Shown: positions 8,286 through 17,469, counted from the stretch's first letter. The stretch is 50,408 bases of DNA from an uncultured Gammaproteobacteria bacterium (GCA_964499955.1 CAZCMI010000002.1:17078-67485); one strand, 5' to 3'. The notes: generated by a model from the letters alone, not told the origin. Translations and numbers: made by a program.

Positions 8286-8434
8286 GCGTAACGCGTTGGG
8301 AATGTAGCAAAATTGCGGATGGGACGCAACGGGAGCCGCACCCGCTCGAAAACGCTTCAATTTTTCGCTGTGTTCCGCTATCATCCCTTGTAATATACCC
8401 ATCTTTCCTTTAGGATCTCTTCTTTCCCTTTTCT

Positions 8435-11353
8435 ATGTCGTATCCCCGCCCGTCTTCCTCGGACTGGAAGCGGCACGGCCGCAAACAGCTGCGCCTGCCC
8501 AAGAACTGGCTTAAAAACCTGCTGCTGGTGCTGTTGATTTTGGGCGTGGCCGGCACGTTGGGGCTCTTGGGCCTCTTCGCTTACGTCAGCCGGGATCTGC
8601 CGGATCCGAACGCGCTGACCCGCCGCACCATCAAGCAAAGCACCAAGATTTACGACCGCACGGGCGAGCATTTGCTGTACGAAATCCACGGCGACGAAAA
8701 CCGCACCTTGGTAAAAATCCAAGACGGCTTCTGCGACCCCGACTTCACGTCCGAGGGCGAGGGCGGCATTCCCTTGGTCGCCCTGCAAGCCACCATCGCG
8801 GCCGAGGACCGCGCGTTTTGCGACCACGGGGGCTTCACCGTGCGCGGCATCGGGCGCGCCGTGCTCTTCGGCGGCAGCCGCGGGGGCGGGTCCACGCTCA
8901 CCCAGCAGCTGGTGAAAAACGCCATCCTTTCCAACGAACGCACGCTCACCCGCAAGGTGAAGGAACTTATCTTGTCCGTGGAATTGGAACGCCGCTACGC
9001 CAAGGACGAAATCCTGCAGATTTACTTCAACGAAATTCCCTACGGCTCCACGTACTACGGCATCCAGGCCGCCGCCACGAATTTCTTCGGCAAGACGGTG
9101 GACACCCTGACCTTGGCGGAAACGGCCACCCTGGCGGCCATTCCCCAGCTACCGACGTACTACATCAACAACCCGGACCGGCTGAAGATCCGCCGCGACT
9201 GGATTTTGGACAGCATGGCGGAGCTGGAGTTCATTTCCCAAAGCCAGGCGGACGAAGCCAAAGCCCAGGACACGCCGCTGCGCGCGCGCGTCACCAACAT
9301 CCAGGCGCCGCACTTCGTCTTCTACGTCAAAGAATTGCTGGAAACCCAGTTCGGCCAACGACAGGTTGAAGAAGGCGGGCTGCGAGTGGTCACTTCGCTG
9401 GACTACGACCTACAGAAGGCGGCCGAGGAAGCCGTGGTGAACGGCGTAAACGAACGCGGCGAGGCGCACAATTTCACCAACGCCTCCCTCGTGGCGGCCG
9501 ACCCGCACACCGGCCAGATCCTCGCGATGGTGGGGTCCAAGGACTACTTCAACGACGCCATCGCCGGCAAGGTGAACGTGGCGCTGCGCCCGCGCCAGCC
9601 GGGGTCGAGTTTCAAACCCATCGTCTTCGCCCAGGCGTTCGACCTGGGGTACACGCCTAACACCGTGCTGTGGGACGTAAAGACGGACTTCCCCACCGCC
9701 ACCGGCCCGTACAGCCCCAACAACTACGACCTGCGGGAGCGCGGACCCATCCGCATCCGGGAAGTTCTGCAGGGGTCGCTCAACATCCCCGCCGTGCAGA
9801 TGCTGTACATGGTGGGCGTGGAACGGGCGCTCGATTTCGCCGCGTCGCTCGGCTATTCCACCTTCCAAGACCGTTCGCGCTTCGGCCTGGCCATCGTGCT
9901 GGGCGGCGGCGAGGTGCAGCTGCTGGAACACACGCTCGCCTACGGGGCGCTCGGCAACGGCGGACGGCGGTTCGACGCCGCGCCCATTCTGGAAGTGACG
10001 GATCCTGATGGGAACGTCCTGATGGAATGGAAACAGACGGACGGCGACCGCGTGTTGTCTGAAAACGCCTCCCGCATGGTGACGAACGTGCTGACGGACA
10101 ACGCGGCCCGCAGCTATGTCTTCGGCCCGAACAGCTTCCTGCAGCTGGGGAACATTCCCGCGGCGGCGAAGTCCGGCACCACCAACCGCAACTACGACGC
10201 CTGGACCGTCGGGTACGTGCCGTCGCTCGTGACCGGCGTGTGGGTGGGCAACGCCGACAACAGCCGCATGGGGTCGCGGGCGGACGGTTCCGTGGTGGCT
10301 GCCCCCATTTGGAACGCCTTCATGCGCGCGGCTCTGGCCGGCAAGCCGGTGGAATCCTTCCCCGCGCCGGACATTCCGCAGACGGGCAAGCCCGTGCTGG
10401 ACGGCGAGATTCCCAGCACGCGCGTGGTCGTGGACCGGGCGTCCGACAAACTCGCCACGGAATTCACGCCCGCTTCCTACCGCGAGGAACGCTTGTACGC
10501 GGAATACCATTCCCTGCTGCATTACGTAAACCGCGCGGACCCGTTGGGCCCGCCGCCGGAGAACCCGGAGCGCGACCCGCATTACGAGGCGTGGGAAGCC
10601 GCCATCGCCGATTGGATGCGCCGGGAGGAAGAACGCACGGGCATCGTCATTTCTTCCCAGCAGCCGCCGACGGAATACGACGACGTGCACGTCCCCGCCA
10701 ACCAGCCGTCCGTGTTCCTCGCCTTCCCCCAGGCGAACGACACGCTCTTCGACCGCATGCTGGACGTTTCGGCGGACGCGTTCGCTCCGCGCGGCGTCTC
10801 GCGCATGGAATTCTACCTGGGCGGCAAGCTGGTGGGCGTGGATACCTCCGCGCCATATACGCTGCGCGCCACGCTGCCCGGTTCCATTGGGCGGGGCACG
10901 CACACGCTCAAGGTGGTGGCCTACGACGACGTGGACAACGCCGGTTCCGCCAGCGTGAACATCCGCGTGGAAACGGACGCCGAGAGCGCGGGCGCGGACA
11001 TCGTGGACCCGCGCCACGGCCAGAACATCGACGGCACGGAAACGTACATGGTGGCCGTGTCCTTGGACCGGCCGCAACAATACGGCTCCGTGGCTCTGTA
11101 CGCCCAGCGCGTCGGGCAGGCCGAACGCACGTTGGTGGGCCTGCGCCCCGAACCGGATTCCCCGTTCGTCCAGTTTGCCTGGACGTTGCCCATGGAAGGC
11201 GGCGACTGGATCCTGACGGCCACGGCCGAGGGCCGCGACGGCCTGCCGGGCACGGAAACGGCCGGGTACCTGGTCCACGTCCGCGCGCCGCAACCGCAAC
11301 CGTCGTCCGAGGAACCGACGGAAGCACCGCTCAATCCGTTCGCCGTTGAGTAA
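8435..11353 (+). CDS. Class A penicillin-binding protein (glycosyltransferase + transpeptidase) with C-terminal Ig-like extension
   Basis: 972 aa with an N-terminal TM helix. GT51 motifs EDRAFCDHGGF and GGSTLTQQLVKN. Transpeptidase motifs SSFKP, SLN and KSGTT. Confidence 0.9.
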   Translation: MSYPRPSSSDWKRHGRKQLRLPKNWLKNLLLVLLILGVAGTLGLLGLFAYVSRDLPDPNALTRRTIKQSTKIYDRTGEHLLYEIHGDENRTLVKIQDGFCDPDFTSEGEGGIPLVALQATIAAEDRAFCDHGGFTVRGIGRAVLFGGSRGGGSTLTQQLVKNAILSNERTLTRKVKELILSVELERRYAKDEILQIYFNEIPYGSTYYGIQAAATNFFGKTVDTLTLAETATLAAIPQLPTYYINNPDRLKIRRDWILDSMAELEFISQSQADEAKAQDTPLRARVTNIQAPHFVFYVKELLETQFGQRQVEEGGLRVVTSLDYDLQKAAEEAVVNGVNERGEAHNFTNASLVAADPHTGQILAMVGSKDYFNDAIAGKVNVALRPRQPGSSFKPIVFAQAFDLGYTPNTVLWDVKTDFPTATGPYSPNNYDLRERGPIRIREVLQGSLNIPAVQMLYMVGVERALDFAASLGYSTFQDRSRFGLAIVLGGGEVQLLEHTLAYGALGNGGRRFDAAPILEVTDPDGNVLMEWKQTDGDRVLSENASRMVTNVLTDNAARSYVFGPNSFLQLGNIPAAAKSGTTNRNYDAWTVGYVPSLVTGVWVGNADNSRMGSRADGSVVAAPIWNAFMRAALAGKPVESFPAPDIPQTGKPVLDGEIPSTRVVVDRASDKLATEFTPASYREERLYAEYHSLLHYVNRADPLGPPPENPERDPHYEAWEAAIADWMRREEERTGIVISSQQPPTEYDDVHVPANQPSVFLAFPQANDTLFDRMLDVSADAFAPRGVSRMEFYLGGKLVGVDTSAPYTLRATLPGSIGRGTHTLKVVAYDDVDNAGSASVNIRVETDAESAGADIVDPRHGQNIDGTETYMVAVSLDRPQQYGSVALYAQRVGQAERTLVGLRPEPDSPFVQFAWTLPMEGGDWILTATAEGRDGLPGTETAGYLVHVRAPQPQPSSEEPTEAPLNPFAVE

Positions 11354-11355
11354 CG

Positions 11356-11389
11356 AAAAACACCCTCGTAATAGGCGGGGGTGTTTTAT
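11356..11389 (+). terminator. Intrinsic terminator after the PBP gene
   Basis: AAAAACACCC ... GGGGTGTTTT hairpin plus a T-run. Confidence 0.6.
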
Positions 11390-11943
11390 TGCTCCACCAC
11401 TTCGGGATACGCGTCCGGCTGGTGGAAGTCGGGGCGTTCGCCGGGCACGGGGAAGGCGGCCAGGTATTCCCCTTCCGCCGCCACGAAGGCGTTGATGGCC
11501 CGCACGGGCCGCGGAACCATCGCGGAAGGAATGCGGATGACGGACGACCACCAGCCACCGTCCGGTTCTTCTTCCCGCACGTGGGCCAATTCCGGCGCGA
11601 AGGTCAGATATTCATCCGACCGCTGGCGGATTCCATCGAAGCCCAGTACGAGAAAATGCCCGCCTGCGCCCAATTCCACCTCCAAATATTGATGCCCAGG
11701 GCCAACGACGAATAGTTCGGCTACATCATATTCCCACAGGTTGCCCACAGGGTTATCCACAGGTGCATTCGGGATGCGTTCCTGCGGGCGCACAGGCATG
11801 CGCGCCCGGATTTCCCAATCCCCGTTTTCCAACGTCCGAACGGCCACGTCCGCGCGCAAACGCGGGTTCGGGTTGGCCGATCCGTCCCACCGGTCGCGCA
11901 CAGGAAGCGTCAGCCACGCGGGGGCTTTGGGAACGCGGAGCAT
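11386..11943 (-). CDS. Hypothetical protein, CBM9-like/DOMON-like pattern
   Basis: Trimmed to MLRVPK (ATG at 11943), 5 nt after the dnaN stop. NLWEYDVAELFVVGPGHQYLEVEL and ERPDFHQPDAY resemble the carbohydrate-binding family 9-like domain pattern. Confidence 0.5.
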   Translation of the reverse strand: MLRVPKAPAWLTLPVRDRWDGSANPNPRLRADVAVRTLENGDWEIRARMPVRPQERIPNAPVDNPVGNLWEYDVAELFVVGPGHQYLEVELGAGGHFLVLGFDGIRQRSDEYLTFAPELAHVREEEPDGGWWSSVIRIPSAMVPRPVRAINAFVAAEGEYLAAFPVPGERPDFHQPDAYPEVVEQ

Positions 11944-11948
11944 ATCCG

Positions 11949-13085
11949 TTACGCCTTGATCGGCATGATGATGTACAGGTACCCCGTCCCGCCGTCTTGG
12001 GCGCGCAAAATGCACGGGTTGGCAGCGTCGATCATCTGCACCTGCACGCGCTCCGTCCCCACGGCGGAGAGGCCGTCGAGCAGGTAGCGGTAGTTCAAGG
12101 TGACCGTGTTTTGCGGGCCGGACACCTCGGCCGCGCACGACGCCGTGTTTTCGCCGCGGTCGGCGTCCACGGACTTCACTTCCAATTTCTTTTCGTCCGG
12201 GTGGAAAGCGAGCGTGACGTCGAACAGCCCGGCGCGGGAGAACAAACTGGCCGTTTTCACCGCCTTGGTGAAGTCGTCGCGGTCCACGACGGCATTGGTT
12301 TGGAATTGCTGCGGGATGATCTGGCGGTAGTCGGGATAATTCCCCTCGATCATGCGCGAAACGATTTCCACGGAACCGTAGGAGAAAACGACCTGGCCCT
12401 CGGACAGCCCGAGCGAAACGGTGGTTGGTGCCTCCACGGAATCGCGGAACACGGACAACACGCGATTCACCTCCGCCAGCGTTTTGGCCGGGATGATGAC
12501 GCGCTGTTCTTCCACTGACTGGCCCGGCAGGTCGATGACGCCTTCCGCCAGGCGATAGGAGTCCGTGGCGGCCAGCACCGCTTCCCCGCCGCCGTCTTTC
12601 TTCCTGAATTCGACGGAGACGCCGGTGAGCTCCGGACGCGCCTCGCTGGTCGAAACCGCGAACAGGACGCGCGAGAGCGTCTCCCGGAAGCCCTCAACGG
12701 GCAACTGGTACACGCGGTCGCCCTGGATTTTCGGCACCAGCGGGAAATCCGCCGCGGACAAGCCGTTGATCTTCGTGCGGTTTCCGCCGCAGGACGCCGC
12801 CAAAGACGCCGCGTCGGCCGAAACGGACACATGTTCGTTCGGTAACAAGGCGACGTAATCGTGGAACAGGCGCGCCGGCACAGTGAATTCTCCCGGTTCG
12901 TCCACTTTTCCGCGCACCACGCAGGAGGTGGCGATTTCCAAGTTCGTGGTGGTCAGACTGATGGTCCCGCCTTCCGCACGGATGAGCACGTTCTGCAAGA
13001 TGGGAAGATTTACGTTTTTCCCCGTTACGTGACTCGCAATGGAAAGTCCCTGGGAAAGATTGTCACGCGTGCACGAGAACTTCAT
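11949..13085 (-). CDS. dnaN: DNA polymerase III beta sliding clamp
   Basis: 378 aa. MKFSCTRDNLSQGLSIASHV...LPILQNVLI is the canonical DnaN N-terminus. It sits directly downstream of dnaA. Confidence 0.92.
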   Translation of the reverse strand: MKFSCTRDNLSQGLSIASHVTGKNVNLPILQNVLIRAEGGTISLTTTNLEIATSCVVRGKVDEPGEFTVPARLFHDYVALLPNEHVSVSADAASLAASCGGNRTKINGLSAADFPLVPKIQGDRVYQLPVEGFRETLSRVLFAVSTSEARPELTGVSVEFRKKDGGGEAVLAATDSYRLAEGVIDLPGQSVEEQRVIIPAKTLAEVNRVLSVFRDSVEAPTTVSLGLSEGQVVFSYGSVEIVSRMIEGNYPDYRQIIPQQFQTNAVVDRDDFTKAVKTASLFSRAGLFDVTLAFHPDEKKLEVKSVDADRGENTASCAAEVSGPQNTVTLNYRYLLDGLSAVGTERVQVQMIDAANPCILRAQDGGTGYLYIIMPIKA

Positions 13086-13352
13086 ATTCAGAAAGGGGAC
13101 TTTAAATAAGAAGTAGAAGCAGTAGGGCGGTGGACGGAGTGGATGAACGGGAGAATGTCGCTCAACCTCGCGTCGTTTTCCTGTGGGCTCTTGTGGACGC
13201 CCTTGGGATGAATCCGTGGATGAAATGTGGACGGCTGGGGTAGGACGTTTCGGCGGCCGAAGTCGTCCACAGGATTGTCCACGTTTCAGCGGCGGTTATC
13301 CGTTCGTTGTCCACGGCTTGTCCCATGTGGAAGGGTTGTGCCTTCCTTGTGG
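13086..13352. other. Candidate oriC: DnaA-box cluster in the dnaA-dnaN intergenic region
   Basis: Ten 9-mers contain the TCCAC core. TGTGGA orientation: 13129, 13138, 13192, 13215, 13226, 13326. TCCACA orientation: 13263, 13275, 13307, plus TTATCCGTT at 13296. An AT-rich tract lies at 13081-13125. Confidence 0.6.
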
Positions 13353-14882
13353 CTAAACCGTGTACAGCCGCTGGCGGATCAGTTCCACGTCATGCTGGAG
13401 CTGTTCGTCCTGCGTGAGGCAGGAGCAAATCTTCCCGTAGGCGTGCATGGCCGTGGTGTGGTCGCGCCCGCCGAGCTCCGCCCCGATGGACGGATAACTC
13501 GACTTCATCTCCTCCCGCATGAGGTACATGATGATTTGCCGCGGGAAAGCGTAGCGCTTTTCCCGGCTCTTCCCGACCAGGTCCTCTATTTGCAGGTCGT
13601 AGTGTTCCGCCACAGTTTGGATGAGCTGCCGCGCGGTGACGGTGCGTTTGGTGTGCGCCGGCTGGAAGCTGGAAAGGATGGGTTTGACCGTATCCAGGGT
13701 GGCCGGGATGTTCTTGAAGTGGTGGAAGGCGATGACCTTGTTGAGCGCGCCTTCCAATTCCCGGATGTTGCTCTGCACCGACGTGGCGACGTGGTGCAGG
13801 ATGTCCCGCGCCATCGGGAAGGATTTTTCCCGGCATTTCGCCTCCAGGATGGCCACGCGGGTTTCGAAGTCCGGCGTGCCGATGTCGGCCATCATGCCGC
13901 TTTCGAAGCGGGAGATGAGGCGGCTTTCCAGGAACGGAATGGCCTTGGGCGGCCGGTCCGCCGTGATGACGAGCTGTTTGTTGTTTTGGTGCAGCTGGTT
14001 GAAGGTGTGGAAGAACTCCTCCTGCGTGCCTTCCTTTCCGGTGAGGAATTGGATGTCGTCCACGAGCAGCAGGTCCACGCTGCGGTAGTAGTTGCGGAAG
14101 TCCCGACCCTGGCCCGTGCGAACCGCGTTGATGAAGTCCGTGGTGAAGCGCTCGCTGGTGACGTAGAGCACGCGGGTGTGCCCGGCGCGGCGCAGGATTT
14201 CGTTGCCGACGGCCTGCAATAGGTGGGTTTTGCCCAAGCCCACGCCGCCGTAGATAAACAGGGGGTTGTAGACGCCGCCGGGTTGGGATGCCACGGCCTG
14301 GGCGGCCGCGTGGGCCAGCTCGTTTTGCTTGCCGACCACGTAGCTGCCGAACGCGTACTTGGCGTTCAGAGTGAATTCCCCGAGGCGGGAGCCGGGCGGC
14401 GGGGCCGCGGGCGGGCTTGCGGGAGCGGGGGCGGCGGCGTTTTGGACGGACGACGGGTTGGTGGGGGCGGATGCGGGCTGGCTGGGTGCCCGTTCCTGTT
14501 CCACGATAACCGTTACGTGCCCCGCGGCGGGGCTTGCCGACGCCGGTTCGTACACGGGCACCGGTTCGGGCGGGGTTTCCGGCAGGACGGTGGCCGGTTC
14601 CGCCTCAACCATGGCGACGGGGGCGGGCGGTTGGCGCGTTTCCACGCGGTAGGTGATGGTCCGGACGTTCTGCTGCGCGTGGGTTTGTAAGGATTGCAGG
14701 ATATCCTTGTGGTATTTCTTTTCCAACCACGCCTTGGTGAACAGGTTGGGAACACCGATAACGACATCGCCGTCGCCGAAGGACGCGATGAAGGTATTGC
14801 GGAACCAGGTCGTAAAATTCGCCTTGCTCAGCGAAAGTTCCAACCCGCCCAGCACCGCCAGCCACAGTTCATGGGTGTTCAT
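13353..14882 (-). CDS. dnaA: Chromosomal replication initiator DnaA
   Basis: AAA+ motifs GGVGLGKTHLL and LLVDDIQFL, and a C-terminal DNA-binding helix region. It has a long P/A-rich domain II. The start could be 14882 (MNTHELW) or 14915. Confidence 0.92.
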   Translation of the reverse strand: MNTHELWLAVLGGLELSLSKANFTTWFRNTFIASFGDGDVVIGVPNLFTKAWLEKKYHKDILQSLQTHAQQNVRTITYRVETRQPPAPVAMVEAEPATVLPETPPEPVPVYEPASASPAAGHVTVIVEQERAPSQPASAPTNPSSVQNAAAPAPASPPAAPPPGSRLGEFTLNAKYAFGSYVVGKQNELAHAAAQAVASQPGGVYNPLFIYGGVGLGKTHLLQAVGNEILRRAGHTRVLYVTSERFTTDFINAVRTGQGRDFRNYYRSVDLLLVDDIQFLTGKEGTQEEFFHTFNQLHQNNKQLVITADRPPKAIPFLESRLISRFESGMMADIGTPDFETRVAILEAKCREKSFPMARDILHHVATSVQSNIRELEGALNKVIAFHHFKNIPATLDTVKPILSSFQPAHTKRTVTARQLIQTVAEHYDLQIEDLVGKSREKRYAFPRQIIMYLMREEMKSSYPSIGAELGGRDHTTAMHAYGKICSCLTQDEQLQHDVELIRQRLYTV

Positions 14883-14952
14883 ACCGCGGACGACGTCAAA
14901 AAAGAGATGCCCCATTCCCGGAAAACGGGAAGGAACGATTGGCGATGGCGCT

Positions 14953-15034
14953 AGTGTAAATCAGATATCCACATGTGGGCAAGTTGCATTTTTCCGCCGA
15001 ATGGGTTGATAACCTGTGGACAGTGTGGTAACGT
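14953..15034. promoter_or_regulatory. Divergent dnaA and rpmH promoters overlapped by DnaA boxes
   Basis: Back-to-back boxes ATATCCACA (14965-14973) and TGTGGGCAA (14974-14982) lie within the dnaA promoter TTGCCC-18-TACACT (minus strand). TGTGGACAG (15015-15023) lies in the spacer of the rpmH promoter TTGATA(15006)-17-TAACGT(15029). Confidence 0.5.
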
Positions 15035-15067
15035 GCCCGCACGTCGCATCTCATTCGTTTTGCCGCT

Positions 15068-15223
15068 ATGTCCAAGCGCACCTATCAACCAAAAAAGGCC
15101 CGCCGCGCCAAGGTGCACGGGTTCCGCGTCCGTTCCCGTACCAAGAACGGCCAGACCGTGCTCAAGCGCCGCCGCGTGAAGGGACGCACCCGTGTGTCCG
15201 TCCAAGCCAAGAAATTGAAGTAA
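15068..15223 (+). CDS. rpmH: 50S ribosomal protein L34
   Basis: Not in the track (51 aa). My translation is [51 protein letters not shown]. It has the classic position upstream of rnpA. Confidence 0.9.
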   Translation: MSKRTYQPKKARRAKVHGFRVRSRTKNGQTVLKRRRVKGRTRVSVQAKKLK

Positions 15224-15271
15224 GAAGGAAACGCGCGTGAAAACGCGCGTTTTGTTCATGAACCGCCCCGT

Positions 15272-15613
15272 ATGCTCGCCCCCGCCCATCGTTTGCGAAA
15301 AGAAACGGACATCCGCACCCTTTTTTCCAAGGGCAAGGGCGCGTTTGATCCAACCTGCGGTGTGAAATTCCGCGCCAACGGCCTGGACGTGTCCCGGTTC
15401 GCCGTGGTGGTGGGGTCCGCCGTATCCAAAGAGGCCGTGATGCGCAATCGCGTCCGCCGCCGGTTGCGCGAAATCGTCCGGGCGCGTTTGCCGCGCATCA
15501 AGCCGGGGTTCGACGTGGCCTTGATGGCCCGCCCGCCCGCGGCGCGCGCGTCGTTCGCCGCCTTGGAGGCCGCGGTGGAGCGTTCCTTGCGGAAAGCCGG
15601 GCTGTTGGTATGA
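15272..15613 (+). CDS. rnpA: RNase P protein component
   Basis: 113 aa, basic, with the VSKEAVMRNRVRRRLRE motif. It follows rpmH. Confidence 0.85.
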   Translation: MLAPAHRLRKETDIRTLFSKGKGAFDPTCGVKFRANGLDVSRFAVVVGSAVSKEAVMRNRVRRRLREIVRARLPRIKPGFDVALMARPPAARASFAALEAAVERSLRKAGLLV

Positions 15614-15855
15614 GGCGCGCGTTCATGGCGGCCATCCGCGTGTACCAGCGGACCTTGTCGCCGGACCATGGGCCGCTGCGCCGCTTCTTTCCCTACGGGT
15701 ACTGCCGATTTCACCCCAGCTGCTCGCAATACGGCCACGACGCCTACCGCCTGCACGGGGTGGCCCGTGGCTCCGTCCTTACGGCGTGGCGCATCCTGCG
15801 TTGTAACCCGTTCAACGAAGGAGGCGAAGATCCGGTGCCCGAACCGCAACCGTAA
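15610..15855 (+). CDS. yidD: Membrane protein insertion efficiency factor YidD
   Basis: Contains YQRTLSP....CRFHPSCSQY and LRCNPF. ATGA overlap with rnpA. Confidence 0.85.
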   Translation: MRRAFMAAIRVYQRTLSPDHGPLRRFFPYGYCRFHPSCSQYGHDAYRLHGVARGSVLTAWRILRCNPFNEGGEDPVPEPQP

Positions 15856-15877
15856 CCCCGGCCCTAGGGCCGGGGTT
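15854..15877. terminator. Bidirectional terminator hairpin between convergent genes
   Basis: Perfect palindrome AACCCCGGCCC TA GGGCCGGGGTT. Confidence 0.6.
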
Positions 15878-16109
15878 ATTCGTACTTCCCCGCCACGCGC
15901 ACGTGCTTCAAGCGGGCCGCGGCCCCGCGCACGATCGTCACGGCGGATTTCGGCACGCCGAGTTCTTCGGCCAGGACGTCGACGACCGCGTCATTCGCCT
16001 TGCCGCCTTCCGGGGCCGCCGTCACGTCCACTTTCACCGTGGAGTCGTCCAGCCACGCGGCAACGGCGTTGCGCTTGGCGCGCGGTTTTACATGGACGGT
16101 GAGAAGCAT
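15876..16109 (-). CDS. DUF167 (YggU-like) protein
   Basis: 77 aa. The pattern VKPRAKRNAV...KVDVTAAPEGGKANDAVVDVLAEELGVPKSAVTIVRG is typical of DUF167. Confidence 0.75.
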   Translation of the reverse strand: MLLTVHVKPRAKRNAVAAWLDDSTVKVDVTAAPEGGKANDAVVDVLAEELGVPKSAVTIVRGAAARLKHVRVAGKYE

Positions 16110-16144
16110 ACGCGGACCAGTGTATGTCCGGCGGCGGCAAACGC

Positions 16145-16171
16145 AAAACGGGCCCCCAAAGGCCCGTTTTT
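16145..16171. terminator. Intrinsic terminator after tig
   Basis: AAAACGGGCC cccaaa GGCCCGTTTTT. Confidence 0.7.
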
Positions 16172-16173
16172 CG

Positions 16174-17469
16174 CTACGCGTTTTTCACGGCCAGTTCCTT
16201 CAACCGTGCGATCGTCTTGCGGTTGCGGATGATGGTCGCCACGTATTCGCGGTACGCCGGTTCGTAGACGCGTTTCTTGGTTTCCTTGTCTTCGTAGCGG
16301 GAGGCGAGTTCGTCCACCTCGGCGTCGATTTCCGCCTCTTCCGGCGCGATCTTTTCCTTCTTGGCGATTTCCTTCAGCACCAGCGCCACTTTGATACGCG
16401 TGAGCGCCTGCGGCGTGAAGTCCATCTTCATGTCGGCCAAGGTCTTCTTGAGGTTCTTCAGATAGGCGTCAAAGTCCATGCCTTGGCCTTCCACGGCTTG
16501 CTGCAATTCGTGGACCATCTTGTTGATTTCCTCGTTCAACAGCAGGTCCGGGATGTCCTCAAAGCGGGATTCCTCGGCGATGCGCTCAAGCAGGGTTTTC
16601 TCGATCCGCTGCTCTTCCTCCTGGAGTTTTTCTTTGTCCAAGTTGGCCTTCACCAGCCCTTTGAGCGTGGCGAAGTCCTTCTGGCCGAGGGAAACGGCGA
16701 AGGCGTCGTCGGCCGCGGGCGTTTCCAGGGCGTAGATTTCCTTCACGGCAACGTCGAATTCCACGGGTTGGCCGGCAAGCAGTTTGGAATTATGGTCGGC
16801 CGGGAAGGTCAGGGTGAAGGTTTTCTTGTCGCCTTCCTTGAGTCCCGTGATCTGCTCCTTCATGCCGGGGATGTAGTGCTCTTCCCCGAGGTAGATGGCA
16901 TGGTTGGGCGATTGGCCGCCTTCCACCGAAACCCCGTCCTTTTTCATGTCGATGGACACGACGACTTTGTCCGTACCTTCGGCCGCCTTGCCGGCGGCGC
17001 CGCGCACTTCGCGGGTCTGCATGCGGCGCAGGTCGTCCACGGCGCGGGTGATGTCTTCCTCGCCCGCTTCCGCCTTCTTGCGTTCCACGGTGATCTTGGC
17101 GTAGTCGGCCAGGCGGGTGACGGCGGGCAGCAAGGACGCCTCGGCCGTGTACACCAGGTCGTTGCCCGGCACCATCTTTTCGACGTCGATGTGCGGCGAA
17201 CCGACGGTGTCCAATTCGTGTTCTTCCAAGGCGCGCACGTACGTGGCGCGGACGATGGGTTCGAGGGCTTCCTCCAGGATTTTCATTTCGCCCACGCGCT
17301 GTTTCACGACGTCGTAGGGCGCCTTGCCGGGGCGGAAGCCGGGAATCGTGCTGGCTTCGGAAATGCGCGCCGCGGCCGCCTCCATGAACGGGCGGACGTC
17401 CTCGGCGGGAACCGTGACGGTGAGTTTGACGGCGTTCTTGGGCAGCCGTTCGATTTTTGCGGTGGACAT
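16174..17469 (-). CDS. tig: Trigger factor
   Basis: 431 aa. N-terminal ribosome-binding motif GFRPGKAP, a central PPIase-like region and a C-terminal helical arm. Confidence 0.88.
   Translation of the reverse strand: MSTAKIERLPKNAVKLTVTVPAEDVRPFMEAAAARISEASTIPGFRPGKAPYDVVKQRVGEMKILEEALEPIVRATYVRALEEHELDTVGSPHIDVEKMVPGNDLVYTAEASLLPAVTRLADYAKITVERKKAEAGEEDITRAVDDLRRMQTREVRGAAGKAAEGTDKVVVSIDMKKDGVSVEGGQSPNHAIYLGEEHYIPGMKEQITGLKEGDKKTFTLTFPADHNSKLLAGQPVEFDVAVKEIYALETPAADDAFAVSLGQKDFATLKGLVKANLDKEKLQEEEQRIEKTLLERIAEESRFEDIPDLLLNEEINKMVHELQQAVEGQGMDFDAYLKNLKKTLADMKMDFTPQALTRIKVALVLKEIAKKEKIAPEEAEIDAEVDELASRYEDKETKKRVYEPAYREYVATIIRNRKTIARLKELAVKNA

Noticed and set aside
9410-11551. 713-aa ORF antisense to the PBP gene. 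Similar long antisense ORFs are 16000..17643 (tig), 21017..22831 (comM/lspA), 25159..27498 (pnp), 33404..34918 and 34843..36180 (orphan genes A and B), 36741..38246 (polA), 44473..45870 and 46783..48027 (giant surface protein), 5656..6861, 13227..14222 and 40303..41265.
   Set aside because: All are R/G/H/P/V-rich low-complexity translations. Each lies opposite a gene with clear family motifs or balanced composition. They are the expected stop-codon-poor antisense frames of high-GC3 genes.
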